Shown here: one piece after another, positions 11,101-25,747 of the stretch | Position numbering within the stretch: the stretch's first letter is position 1 | Layout: every line of letters begins with the position of its first letter | NCBI RefSeq assembly: GCF_006345805.1 | Contig: NC_043006.1 | Coordinates: forward strand, 54,994,001 to 55,058,000 | Length of the DNA stretch: 64,000 nt | Source of the DNA: Octopus sinensis | Lineage: Eukaryota | Direction of reading: 5' to 3' | The notes under the pieces: model-generated | What the model was told of the DNA's origin: nothing | The model's input: only the letters and a program-made list of their open reading frames with translations | Databases searched by the model: none | Translations under genes and position numbers: made by a program

Positions 11101-14100
11101 ATAATATTTTTAAGCCTTCAACATTAAATTTTGTTTTGAAGCTTTTCAGTAAAATTGCCATGTGTTGATTTTGTTTATTTTATGAATAATTATGTTGAGA
11201 ATTTTTTCAGTTTTCAAACAAATATTTACCATTATACTTTGTCAGAGGATTAGCTTTGTGGTATCATAGCAGTTGATTTTACTTTTACTTTAACCTGTTA
11301 GCATTTAAATCAGCCATATCTGTCCAAAATAGTTTCTTTTATGTTTGAATCAGCCATATATGGGGTCTCTCACCTATCCTACATTATTATTCTAAGACAA
11401 AAAAAAAATCATTGAAATCTTGAAGCTATTAGATAATGCATGATTAATTCAAAACAATGTGAATATATTAAGCATTACATTTGACAGTCATCTGAATGCT
11501 AAAGGGTTAAAAGTTATATTTATTTCTCTTCATGACAGTGTTGTGATGTCTTTGTCATCACCATTTTAGCGTCTTTTTTCTATGCTTTTACTGGTCAGAT
11601 GGAAATTTGTTATGACAGATTTTCTATGCTGCTGCCACATAAAAAACACTGTGTAAAGCATTAGGAAAGGCATCCAGTTTCTCAAACCATGCTAAAACAA
11701 ACAATCAGAGCCTGGTTCAGCTTACCAGCTCCTGTCCAACACATGCCAACATGAAAAACAGACATTAAGTGATGATGATGATGATGGATGCTTTTCTTGT
11801 AACCAACCCTCACTTGTTTCAAGTAAGGTAACAGGAAATTCTGTCTGGGACCCTTGTATCTCAGTCTACATTTGTTCTACATAGACATACTTTTTTGGAA
11901 TTAGAATGATCCAGGGATTGAAAATGCTTTTTCATTTGGTTCTTGAACATCCAGCATTGGGATCAGGTCTGGATGAGTATTTGTTATATGCTGACAGTTG
12001 AAAATCCAAATTTTAAAAAATTTGTGAACTTACAAGTTTTTCATTTAAACTGAACTTAAAGTAATATCCTACTGGTAGGGTACCAATAAATGCTTTCTTA
12101 TTATTGATCTCTTTAGTTTTGGGCCACAGCCCTCTGCGAGAGCTACCTTAAAAGTCCACATGGAGTGCAGATTTTCAGCTAATATGTGTGTGTCTGTATG
12201 TATATATATATTGGGTGTGGTGAATAAATTGTCATCTAAATTATGCAAAAATGAAAATAATACTTACATCTCATTTTAACAGATATATTTACCAAAATTA
12301 CATAGAAATATCTTGAAATACTAAAGAGTAAATTTATTCAATAAAATCGCCATTGGCTTCAACCACAACCTCCAGGCGACTTTGGAATCTCCTGCAACTC
12401 TTCTGAATGGTCTCCTTGTTTAAGTTGGTGAATGTTGCAATAATCCTTGTCTTCAGTTCATCTTTGGTGTTACAAGGAGTTTAGTTGGTCTCATTCAACT
12501 GCACCCCACACATAATAATGAAAGAGATTGCAGTGTGGGGAGTTGTGTGGCTACATGTTAGGGGTGTATTGGTTGCAGAAATTGTATGACAGCCGTGACT
12601 GGGTTCTCCTTGTGTGGCATGGTGCAGAGTCCTGTTGCCAGACATAGGGTCTTCCAGTAGCCACCTTCTTGACCCAGAGCAAGACTACCTCCTCCGGGCA
12701 CTTGATGTAGGCATCTGTGTTGAGTTTGAGGCCATGTGGGAAGATGAATGGAGGCACAATGTTGCCATCACTAGTAATCATTTCAAACACCATGATGTTG
12801 ACTGGGTATTTGATTTTTATTACTCCCGGTACATATTTGGATGACATGGCAAGCCAACAGTTGTTCTATGTGTTCACTATCTGATCCTGGCAGAAATTTT
12901 TCTCATCTGAGAAAAACGAAAACATGTTCGGTTGGAGGGGTTGCTTGAGTTTGTTCAAAAGCTTTGTGGTATACTCTTCCTTTTGTCCTTGATGACTTGA
13001 GATAAAAATTGGTCCTTTCTCATCTTGTATGACAGATACCAAATGTTTTCATGCACTATCTGCCTCATAAGAACTCAGACACTCCCATGTGTAGTCAACA
13101 AAATCAAAAACAAACAATGCACATGCACAAAATTAAAAATATAAAATGGCATCAATTTACCCATCGCACCCTGTATATATATTTCTGTATGTGTATGCAT
13201 CTTTGTATTTGTGTTTGTCCCCTCTGACCCTGTAACTTTAGTGGTTCGGCAAAAGAGACCAATGGAATAAGTACCAGTCTTAGAAAGAAAAGAAGTAGTT
13301 GGGTCGATTTATTTGATTAAAATAAAATTCTCCAAGGTAGTGACCCAGTATGGCTGCAGTCTAATGACTGACGTAAGTAAAAGGTAAAAGATAAGTGTTG
13401 AACCACCAACTAACTAATATTATATGTTTCTACCAATGGTGGCAAAAGTATTCTCAATATTACCTGTCATGTGAAAGGTAACTCTCTAAGTAAGTATACA
13501 ATGGCCAATGCAATCAGTTTTACTTTCCTTAATGGGACAGACAAATCAGAAGAGATTGAAACTGCTAATTAATAGATGATTTGATTTGATATGATATGAA
13601 AGTGGTAGTGTCATGGTTACAAACATACAAAGTTCACATTGTTTTACAGTCATTTAGTTGTTTTCACACAAAGCTTATATTTTCTTAATACAGTTCTATA
13701 TTTGAGAGATGCAAAATTATGTACATTATTTGATTATTTACATTTGACGGATATTTGTCCTCATCTTGTTTATTGTTAATTTCGATACTGGGTTCCCATT
13801 GCTAAGGTATTTTTCGTATGTTATTGTTATTATTATTATTATTATTATTATTCAGGTTACTGCCTGGAATCGAACTTGGAATCTTGGGGTTAGTAGCCCA
13901 CGCTCTTAACCACTACACCATATACTCGTGGACAATGATGGAGTAAATTTTATAGGCTTATAAATCTAATATTTTCCTATCCTTCCTTAATACCGGTTCC
14001 CGTATTTTCTTGATTAAAATTTTGAAAGAAACCTAGTTAACTATTTCATTTAAAAGTACGCTGGCTGAGAAACATGGTTTGCTCAATGAAAAAGAATAAC

Positions 14101-17100
14101 ATCCAGTTTCCTTTTCCTTGTGGGAGCTTACTTGTTATGATGTAAAGTATTGTAACTGTTGCAATAATTGTATATTAATTTTGGTCTGAAGTTGATTTTC
14201 TTTCTGATGATCAAAGGTTTTCCAGTTCTGTCCATCATGTTTTATTACTATTATTTTCTGACAGTGCATATTTAAACTAGCCATATCTGGCCCATATATT
14301 CTACCTGTTTTATGTCCAAACTGGCCAGATTTGGCCTTTCACACCTACCTACTATGTCATTCTGAAAATAAACAGTCACATATTTGGAATCTTGAAGCTG
14401 CAAGATGAATGCATGGTTAATTCAAAACAATGTAAATAAATATGAATTACACTTGATAGAGTAATTACACTAGAAAGAATGCTAAAGGGTTGATTTTTCA
14501 AGTGTGTGATTTGAAGAAGATTTGACTATGATTTTAGGGAGCTTGAGTAAATCACGGATATTGGGCACTTTTGGCACTAGTTGAAATAAATGTCAGCGCA
14601 TTCTAAGGATCCTCTAGCACATTATTTCTGCTCTGTATTGATTCTAATATTCTATATCATTATCCATTCTTTTTTTTTTTTTTAATAAAGATGGTGGTAT
14701 AGAAGTGTTATGCCTGCAGCATTTGTTTTATTATTAAAAAATGTCTATCCAACTATAGAATATATGTGCTTCAGTTATTCACATGTAATCATCAACAATT
14801 AATATCTGTTTTCTATGCTAACATGGATTGGATATCAAAGCTGTTTTAACAGATACACAAAAACTTCATTCAGTCTCTAGGTCACTGAAAATTTTGAATG
14901 AAAAATTCTTGTTATAATTGTGGTAATTTACAAAAGACAAAGGAATATTAGAATTAGCCATTATGTTTATTTTGTAGCAATTAAGTTGTAGAAAAGGTAT
15001 AAAATATTTCATATTAGACCATCTTGATTACAGTGAGGTCTGGTTGTCTGCTGCTTCACTTGAAAGGGGAGTTTTGCTTCAATCCAATCATTAATTTTGA
15101 CAATCAATAATGGACATTTTTTCTTTTTACACATATTGCCACAAATATTCTAGAGTCTTCAGCTAGTTTTGAATAAAGTTTTGTCTGAAATGATACCTTA
15201 TACATTGTGGATTTTTGTACTCCCCAAAGTATAGACCTCACTCTATACACATGCATGTACATATGTATATGTGTGTGTGTGCATATATATATTTATATCC
15301 AAAGTTTACAGTCTTACTCTGTTGGATTGTGCGTGTGTACTTGTAGTTTGTGACACACACATACCTATTTGCTGACTTTGGGCCTTCAACCATTTAAAAA
15401 AAATTTCTCTTATATTATTGTTAACTGAGTTTTATGATCCAACCACGCAGTAGAATTTTTATTTTTATTTATGCACCCTTTTCGAGCCTAGCCAGGCTCA
15501 TAGGCCTGGTTTCTGAGGCGTATGTATTCCCCCCCAGCTGGATGGGTCGCTAGTCCATCGCAGTGTTACCCAACAAACAGGAAGGGAGAGTGAGTGAAAG
15601 TTGTGGCGAAAGAGTACAACAGGGGTTGCCACCACCCCCTGTCGGAGCCTCGTGGAGCTTTAGGTGTTTTCGCTCAATAAACACACACAACGCCCGATCT
15701 GGGAATCAAAACCGTGATCCTCTGACCGTGCCCTAACCTCTGGGCCATTGCACCTCTTTGCAGTAGAATGCCTTTTATGTATTATTATTAAATTATGCTC
15801 TAGTTTTTGACTTGAATAGCTTACCTAGGTAAAATTAAGATCTCTTAACATTGGAGTAGAGGTTATTTTCTCTACTCAGCTTGAACTTGGTCAGCTACTA
15901 ATAGCATATCAATTTGCTACCTGACTTTAAATCCTACTGAGAGTTGATAAACAAACACCAGTAATATACTGATATTGAATTAAATGATTATAGGTTCTTC
16001 ACAAAAATTGATTAGTGAAAGAAACCCAAAGTTATCGACATTATCTTATCTGGTGCAAATTACAGTTACATATATCTATGAATTATAATCACAGCTTTTA
16101 ATTTATGAGCTAGTTATTTGTAGAAAAGATAGGCTAATGTGTGGCACTACATCACTGAAATTTCTGGCTTCCTGTATTGATTTTAAGTTGAATTAGTCTG
16201 TTGGTGTCCAGCCACCATAATCCAATTATACAATGCTAGCATTTATAAATGTATTCTTTACCATGGTACTTTTTTATTGTGAAGTGGATTTGGGCTCTCA
16301 AGGGTTATGTTTTTGCACAACACAGCAACAGTAATTCTTTATGAATTACCAGCTAGCGGTGACTCTTATTCCTTGTGAAACTATACTTCAAGTTTTCTAA
16401 TATCTTGTATTTTATACAATTCAATTTAGTAAGGAGTAACAGGATTTGATAATACTTCTTTTGAAAGGAATTTTGGATTAAAATTTTAAAATAGAAGACC
16501 TAGAGTATTTTTCAAACTACAGGAAATGTGAGTTTGAGTCCTATGGGCAGCTTTCAACTTTTTCTATCCAAAAAGGTTCTTCAATCCAATATTTATGCTA
16601 TTATTTATAGCTTTGTCTGTGCACTTTGCGAATATTCCAGAAAAGTATTACTTCATATTCTCTTGAAAGTTTATAAAAATTCTTGATGTCAATAAATTTA
16701 TATTTATTTTGTTTGCTTCACTTGAGCATGAAAGTTATCACAAAAGTTAGTTATATGTTTTTTAGTCATTTCCTGTTGTTTTTTTTTCTCTTCAGATGAT
16801 GACGTTCATGATGAAAATGAAGCAGAAATGCTTCGGGCTGATGCTAACATTCCTATCGAGGAATTGGTGGCCAAGTATCAGAAACAGGGCACTCCACAAC
16901 AACTTGTTGGTAACAAGAAGAAAAAGATATTTGATTCACCTGCTATTCGACCCAAGAAATTAGGTTCAGAAGCATCTGATGATGATGCTGAGGCAGATAG
17001 TGGTGTCAGTTCCAGCAGTAGCAGCATTGCTAAAATCACAAATGGTCATGCAGATAATGAGAATAATCTTAATACAGAAAAAGAATTCAAAGCTAAAAAC

Positions 17101-20100
17101 TCTGCTGCAGACAGTAGCATATCATCTGATCGAACTGAACTCCAAAATAATGAGGTAGAAGAAGCAAGGTGTTCAGAAAGTGACACCTCACAAAACTCTG
17201 CCCAAGACCTCAAAAGCAATGCTAGTTCATCCAAAACAGAAACTGTTGCTTCTTCTGCATCTCAACCTTCATCTTCCTCATCATCTTCATCAATATCATC
17301 ATCCTCATCATCTACATCCTCTGCATCCACATCACTCAAAGATGATTCTGATGAAGCCCAAGCCTCCAGTTCTTCATCTGTGCCTGGACCGTCAAGTAGC
17401 CATGCTTCAAATTGGGTATGTTGATGTTGTTTATAGTCAAATGTTATCTTTCACAAATTAAAATATAGACAGTCTGTTCAGGCATAGAAAATTACATATT
17501 AATAAAGATTTCTGGACTTCTTTGCTTCCTTTGACATCATATGTGCTTTCTATTTTCAAAACCTAATTCCATATTATTGATGCAAGCAGCAGTTATGGAT
17601 AAATTATTGAATTTTAAAAGCTAATCTGCTTATGTTTTGTATCGTGTTAATCATAAAATTGCTTTAATACTTTACTGTCTGCTAAGTAATTCATGTGTGC
17701 TATATGTATTTTCCAACCTTCCAATGGCACTGTGCCATTTTACATATGTCTATAACTGAATGGTTAACTTTCTTGGAAACTGGCCAAAAGCCTAGAATCT
17801 GAAAATGAACCTGTGGTTAAATTGCTTGTGTTATAGAAATACCAAGATATTAAAAATTGCAAATGATATCACTGAAAAGGCAAGCTTTACTATGTCTAAA
17901 GTAGGCTTCATATATTTTACTATAGTTTTCTTCCTCTCTTTCATAAAATGCATGTCTAAATAACTGAGGATTTGTTTACAGATTTCAACTAGTATGTTGC
18001 TTAACTGAAGTGTTTATACATTAGGTATTTAATGAAATAGCTTTCTTTATGTACAGTTCAAATCCTATTCCTAGCCTTCAAAACAACATAAACGATTTTA
18101 CTTTCATCCCAGCCACACACACACACACATCACAGAACTTAGAGCTATCCACCTGTGGAACATATTATTTTGAGACTACTGTAATTTTTGCTCCCACTAA
18201 ACTATCAAAGTCATGGTAATTGATGAGAATGGTAAATAGAGATCCTTCTAGGAGAAATACAACAGATAGATTTCGGTTAGGCTTTTTTCAGAGTTCGGGA
18301 TGTTTCTGTGTACATTATTCACATATATTTATTATTACATTATAATAAATCAGTTGAAAATATTTACAAAATGGAAACAAACTTATAGATTGCAAGTACA
18401 CTTGTCATGGTTCAGTGAGTAGTGTAGTGTAACTCACTTGAGAATTTGTACTACTATTCTTTTCTACTCTAGGCACAAGACCTGAAATTTTGGGGGAGGG
18501 GGCCAGTCAATTAGATTGACCTCAGTACGCAACTGGTACTTAATCTATCGACCCCGAAAGGATGAAAAGCAAAGTCAACCTCGGCAGAATTTGAACTCAG
18601 AACGTAAAGACTGATGAAATACCGCTAAGCATTTTGCCTGGCATGTTAATGTTTCTGCCAGCTCGCTACCTTAAAGAATTTGTACTAATATTGTTGCATT
18701 AATCGGTCAACTGTAACCATTTGTGAAAACACCCAAAATAATGCACCATTGCTTTTCCTCTGTGTGCTCCATTCACAAGTCTTTGCTTTGCATTGTCTGA
18801 CCTCTTATTCTGGTGTTTCTGTGAATCTATCTTGCAAAATGGAAATTCTTAAAACTAGTTATTATTTAGTCCAGGATCAGTCTTGAGCAAGCAGTATTGT
18901 AATCAAAAGTATTCCAACTGTGAGTCTCCAAGTATATATCCAATTTAAAAAATAAAAAAATCTTTATTATTTAGTAGATTATAATTTGTATAACTGACTA
19001 CTATGACAAATCAAGCAACCATGTAGAGGCTTCTAGTTAATGTAAGAAACCACATGACCTGCTTTAAACTTGAAAACACATGGAAGTTTCTAAATTGTGT
19101 AACAAATACCTGACAAATGATTTCTTCATTTGAATTGAATTCGTTTTCTCTGCTTCAATTTCATGCCAAATCTATACCAACTGGTATAGTTCTCATCTGG
19201 TAGTTTTTATGCTGTGAAGCTTCAGTTGTGTGAAAGGAATTTAGGTTAAATATACCATATACACTACACATGTTGTACTCTCATCCTCATTCATCAGCAC
19301 CAAGTAATGTTAAAACATTTTACATATATATATATATATGAAGACATGTTGGGTCAAGCGAAATCTAAATTGAATTGAACCAGCCAGGATCCCTGGTCTG
19401 GTGGTACGTAAAAAGCACTATCCGACTCATGGCCGATGCCAGCGCCGCCTCAACTGGCTTCCGTGCCGGTGTCACGTAAAATACACCAATCCGACTGTGG
19501 CCGTTCCCAGCCTCCCCTGGCACCTGTGCAGGTGGCACGTAAAAAGCACCCACTACACTCACGGAGTGGTTGGCGTTAGGAAGGGCATCCAGCTGTAGAA
19601 ACATTGCCAGATAAGACTGGAGCCTGGTGCAGCCTTCTGGCTTCCCAGATCCCCGGTTGAACCGTCCAACCCATGCTAGCATGGAGAACGGACGTTAAAC
19701 GATGATGATGATGATGATGATATATATATATCTATATCTACTACATATGTAGGAAATTATGTCTGGGTGTGTTTGTGGAGTTAGCTAATTCATCCTACAT
19801 CGTTTTATCGATTTTGATGAAACTTGATACATGAGTAGAACTCATGTCTGGAAACCTCATGGCATACTCAGATATTTGAAAAAATCTATAATAGGGCCCC
19901 TGGAATGGATCCTTATATATAGCCAAGGGAAATAACCGATTCATTTTCCTATATTATTTGGTATAAATCAAATTGAGTATGCTTATTTCTTAGTATTTGA
20001 ACTGTTAATTATTTTTGCAATTTATCCAGTAAAACCCTTAAACAAGTTAAAATTATTTTCCTAAACAATAGATGATGAAAGAGGGAGAGAAATTATTGTT

Positions 20101-23100
20101 AGTGCGCAATAAATAGTTGTTGAATTTTATCCTTCTAGCAGAGTCAAATTTGCCTTCCATTCTTCTAGGGCAAATAGATAAATAGCATCTTTGTACTGGA
20201 GAAAGTTTAAATTAAACTAAACATTTCCATTACAGATTGGGACATTCTACCCTCTGGTTCCTTCAGCCTAACAGCCATTATGTTCTTCCTTCTGCCTCTG
20301 TCTTTGGTATGAGCTGGAACTTGAAACCAGTTTGTGCCACGGTGTGCAGGTTACCTTTTAAGGTGTATCTTCAGGTTTTCTTTAGCCTACTCTTTGGTCT
20401 CTTCCTACCTGCTGGTAACTATCTCTTTGCAGTTCTTGCTGAGATATTATCTTCAATTTGTAAGACATGCTCTACCACCATGCCCTACCCTTCATGACAA
20501 AACTCAGGCATTTTGCCCTTTGAAGCATCTCCTTCTTTGTGATCTTGTCTTGCCATCTATTGCCCAGGATTTTTTGGAGGCATCTTTGGAAAGTATCAAT
20601 GTATTTTACAATTCAGGTGGTACTTTTCCATGTGTCAGCAATAGAGATTGTTGACCAGAATTACCTTAATTTGGTTTGTGATGTGAACCTCTTCAATTGC
20701 CATATTGATTGGAGTTTGTTGACTACTCCCGCATCTTTGGCAATCTTTTGTAATGATATCCTACTTTCTGTAGGATATCGTTTTCCCATCTATTACTGTT
20801 TCCTCTTTATTGCCAATACTCTATATGTTGCTATTGCCCCTGAGGTAATGTCATGAATGCCATAAATTCCCTCTTTCTCACTCAATTTTCTATCCTAAAA
20901 ATATATTACTGGATGCTTATATGAAGTGGTCTCAGTGAGCAGCTAGATTAACATGCTTTTGATGTTAGATGTTAATAAGACACTTCATTCTTCATGGTTA
21001 AAGCTTTATTCTAATTTCTCAACTTTTACCATTTCAGGAACCCCAGCCAGGCAGCTCTGGATGTTCTCCGAAAAAAAAGTCTCTCTATACAGGTGAGGAA
21101 GGTGATATGGAAGGAAAAATTGAGGATGATGATGATGAAGATGAAGAAGAGGACGATGAGGAAGATAGTGAATTAGATGAGTCTGATGAAGAATATGAAG
21201 GGTAAGGAGAAATTTAATTTTTGAATTCTGAATTTCCTAACAAATTTTTTTCTTTGCTTGAGTTGACCTTTCTTAATCTCTATGCCAGTGTGTCAAGCAA
21301 AACATCTTATGATGCAAGTGAAATCACCACAACATCTCTTCTCAGATCTACCTTGTGTAAAGACATCTTTTAGTTTGCACATGATGCTATCTCATGGACA
21401 ACAAACAATTGGAAGTCACCATAATAGCTTGACCTTGCAATCTCTGATGATCTCTCAAGGCAATCTTACATAGCAGTGCCAAAACTGTTAAAGTTTAGAA
21501 TTATTCTTTGGAACTAGAAAATACAGAAAAATACTTCATCTCCTGCTGCACATACAAACATCCTGGACTATCTTCATAAGAAGACTCATTGGATTGACTC
21601 ACTCATTACTAAAACTTTACAGTTTCTAGTTCATTGATGTGGTTTTCCTCTTTGTACCTCTTGCATCACTACAACTACATTTCCCTTCTGATATAGCTTG
21701 TAGCATAGCATCTCTATCCAACACACATCTCTCCTATCACTCTAGATTCTTCACTTAACATTTCATTGAATCTTTCTTGTAAGACTGCACCTCATCTTAG
21801 TTTATTTTAAACATGACAACCTTCAGAATGTTCAGACTAAATAGAAACTCTTTTTCTTTTAGCCAGGAGAGGGTGTAGTACCCATGATTCTTTATAGGAC
21901 TCCCAATTCTAGTGGAAGGGAAAGTTTCTTCAAATCAATGACCTAGCCTGAATACTTGATACTTGCAACAGAGAAGACTCTGCTAAAGGCTTCTAAGGTG
22001 TCAAATGGTGGTGATAACTGTTATGATACCAACCTGCTTGAGACCACCTCTAGTTATATGATACATTCTCTATATTTTAAAGTGATCTATTTTAAAACAT
22101 TCCCTAAAATTTTCATGTTAATTTATGTTCTAAACACTGGCTTAATAATAATGATAGCTGTTTAGTAAATTCTCATTATTTCGAAGATTAATTGTAGCAA
22201 AAGCAATGTTTTAACAGAAATTTGGTAACAAAAGGATTAAACTGTGTCACAGGTAGTCTCCTACCAGGTGGGCCATGCTGGGATTTGAGTCCTTCTTGCA
22301 AAAAAATAGGAACAATTATTGAAAGACAGCTGGTCCAATGGTCTTACATTTTTGTCAATCCCACCCACCACAACAGTGTTGATATCCTAAAACCAAGGTG
22401 TCATGTAAAAAGCATTGGTGCTGGTTCCACATAAAATGCACTGGTGTTGGTGTCATGCAAAAAGCAGTGGTGATGGTGCCACATAAAAAGTACCCAGTAC
22501 ACTCTATAAAGTGGTTAGCATTAGGAAGGGCATCCAGCTATAAAACCATGCCAAAACGGACTATGGAGCACGGTGCAGTCCCTGGCCATGCCATTTCCTG
22601 TTTAGCTGTCCAACCCATGCCGATAAGGAAAACTGATGTTAAATGATGATGATCCTGAATTGGTATTTTTTTATTGACCTTCAAAGGATGAGAGGTAGCA
22701 TTGACCCCTGCAAGATTCAAACTTGGAATGCAGAGAACTGGACCGAATACCACTGCATTTTACCTGGTGCTCTAACAAGTTTACCAATTTGTCTGTAATT
22801 GACTGCATTAATCTTACCAGTTAGAGAGGCTGTGTAGCAGCCATACGTATTGTTTCTCCTTTTGTTAACTTACAAACAGTTTATCATTGTTCTTTATCTT
22901 AATGTGTTTTCTGTTCAGCGACAGCAGTGATGACAATGGCCTAGATGAAGAAGATGAAGGAGATGATGATGAGGAAGATGATTATGATAACCAGAATTTA
23001 ATGAAAGACAGTGAAGAGGTATGTATACCTAGGCCTATTTTCTCCATTCTGTTTTGTTTGTGTTAATTTTTTTTTCCCCATTAAACTTTCACAACAATGG

Positions 23101-25713
23101 TTTTTTGAGAAAAAACAATTTCTGTATTGGTTTTGCAATCCACCATATATTGATCAGTATTTAACCAACATTATTAAGTTATGGTTAGTTCTTATCTAGT
23201 TGTAAGTCAACCCTGATTGACTAGATTTGTTATAAAAGGCATTCCAAATGTGACCGATTCATCTTTTTTCCTTCAGACATCACAAATTATATAAGATGTC
23301 CTCCTTTTTAATATGGTAGATTTGGCCTAGAACGTGTTAAATAAGGTTGGCTTCTTTTGTTTAGTGCTAGGTTAGGCCTGATTGAATAGGCCTTTCATCA
23401 AAGACCCATTCATGATTATTTCATCTTTTGTGGGACATCAAAGTTTCTTGTCCAGTATACGCTTCCTTGTGTCAGAAGGTGTAATGATCTGAGGAATATT
23501 TAGCTGTCAGTTTTAGCAGTTTGGCCACATAAGATGAAATAATCATGAATAGGTCTTTGATGAAAGGCCTATTCAATCAATTTTACGAAATTCTTTGTTA
23601 TATTTAAAATTAATTAAAAGAAACACTGAGCATCTCAAAATAAATTTGGTAACAAAAGGGTTATGAAAGGTCTGGTTGGAGGCCCAACTTTCTGAGTTCT
23701 TTCACAGGGCTTAGAAAAACTGAAGGACCACTGCACTAAGTGTGTGAATCTGAGAGGGAAATATTTTCAATAAAATCATAATTGATCCTCCTGTATGTTC
23801 TTTTAACCAAATCCAGGAACTTTTCAGCATCTTTCATTATGGTTTAGTTAAGAAATTTTTTGTTTCTTCTAATTAAAAGCTTTTTACTTTTATTTTTAGC
23901 CTGGAATGGACAGTGGTTGTACTGCCGTTGTTGCTCTGTTAAAAGGACAACGGCTGGTTGTAGCTAATGCTGGCGACTCACGCTGTGTCTTATGTAGCAA
24001 CGGCAAAGCTAATGATCTCTCAATTGACCATAAACCTGAAGACGAGGCCGAGAAGTCTCGTATTGAGGCAGCTGGTGGTAAAGTTACAAGTGATGGACGT
24101 GTCAATGGAGGACTTAATCTGTCAAGAGCAATTGGTAATTTTCATTTTGACAATTCCCATCTTCTCTCCTGATTTTCATTCTTTCTGTAAAATTTCAACT
24201 ATTTTTATTTTAGGTCTTGTAGTCCTACAGGTAAGGTTGTACAATATTTATAAAATATGTAGGCTAATGGGAATCATGGCTAGCACATGTAGTTAGGTAC
24301 ATGATGTGGTTATGTGGTTTCCTTTCTACTGCATTCATACTGAACAATGTGCTGATCAATGTGAAAAAATAAACTTTACACGTAATTGACATTCTATACA
24401 TTATTGTTATTATGATGTCGCTTCACTGGCATGTGTAAAAAGATTCGAGCGAGGTCGTTGCCAGTACCGCCTGACTGGCGCCCGTGCTGGTGGCACATAA
24501 AAAGCACCCACTACACTGTCGGAATGGTTGGTGTTAGGAAGGGCATCCAGCTGTAGAAACTCTGCCAGATCAAGATTGGAGCCTGGTGCAGCCATCTGGT
24601 TCGCCAGCCCTCAGTCAAAATCGTCCAACCCATGCTAGCATGGAAAGCGGACATTAAATGATGATGATGATGTGCAAATATTGCAGATTCCATACAAACA
24701 GTAAGCTTGTTAATCTGCTTCTATTGATACCACTTACTCAGCTGATTGATGCCTTTAGAAAAGAAGTGAATGCCACAACTTCACATTTTCTTTGTATTTA
24801 AGCTTGCTTTTGAACCCTTCCTGATTTTTAGAGTTGCTGTTTAGTAGAATTTACTAGATTCTTCATTCACTTCCTGCCTTGAAAATATTTGAGTTACACA
24901 TGAACTGCATCACTCTGACTAACTTGGGAAAATTTTCAAGGCTATAGTCACTGCTCTGTCTTCTGACCAATTTTATAAATCAACGTTATTATAATTAATC
25001 ACCGATTCTCAGTGGAGTGAAGCAGTAAAGCAATATTTAGTTGCATTCACTTATGGTGTAAATTAATCATTGTTAACACTAACTTAACTGTTGTTGTTCA
25101 AGTGAATGGCATCTCTGAGTAATTCTTAGTATGTATACAACTCAGGTTGAGAAACAGCTGAGGATCACTATTCAAAATCAAATTATAGTTTCTAATTTTC
25201 AAGGGAAGTAATTGACAGCCAAATAATAATTGAATTTGCACTTTGCTGTATATTCATCTGTAACATACATACTCAGGCTGTCACAGTGTACCCTATACAA
25301 TTAAGCACAGTCTTTTAGAATGTGCAGTAGGGTCCTCAATTAGAGCTGTGATGTGTGGACTGTGGCCCTGGCACTAGTCTGTTGGAAGACAGCTGACACA
25401 CACACACACACACATATATATATGTGTGTGTGTGTGTGTGGTGGACTCTCCCATTGAAGACAACATATGATTGTTCAACTTTTGCCGAACAATATGCACA
25501 AATGATTTGTTTATAATAATCAAATGTATGTGCTGCACATTAACTCACCTCCCATCAAATTGACATTGCCTGGGCAGGTGCACGGTGTATCACATATCAG
25601 GTGAAGTAATTGCAGGGCAATGTGGAATGAAGTATTTTGCTCAAGAATTCAATGCACCACCCGGTCTAGGAATTGAAACCATGATATCACAGTTGTGAGT
25701 GCAACACCCCATC

Positions 25714-25747
<34 letters not shown>

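Noticed and set aside
13690-13810. Block resembling another Penelope-type terminal repeat
   Set aside because: No CUGAnGA/GAAA pair with closing stems is present on either strand, and the resemblance rests on memory only.
13850-13923. tRNA-like A/B boxes suggesting a tRNA gene
   Set aside because: No complete cloverleaf, and the (AAT)n tail marks it as a SINE head.
18608-18660. CTGATGA followed by AAT, a hammerhead-like start
   Set aside because: It lies inside a SINE, with no stem II, GAAA box or stem I partner.
19728-20060. Possible second Helitron family (TCTATATC...tgtctg...gattttgatgaaac start)
   Set aside because: No 3' hairpin or CTRR end found, so it cannot be supported.
25396-25441. 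Perfect (AC)n-(TA)n-(GT)n palindrome
   Set aside because: A trivial consequence of adjacent microsatellites, seen several times in the window.
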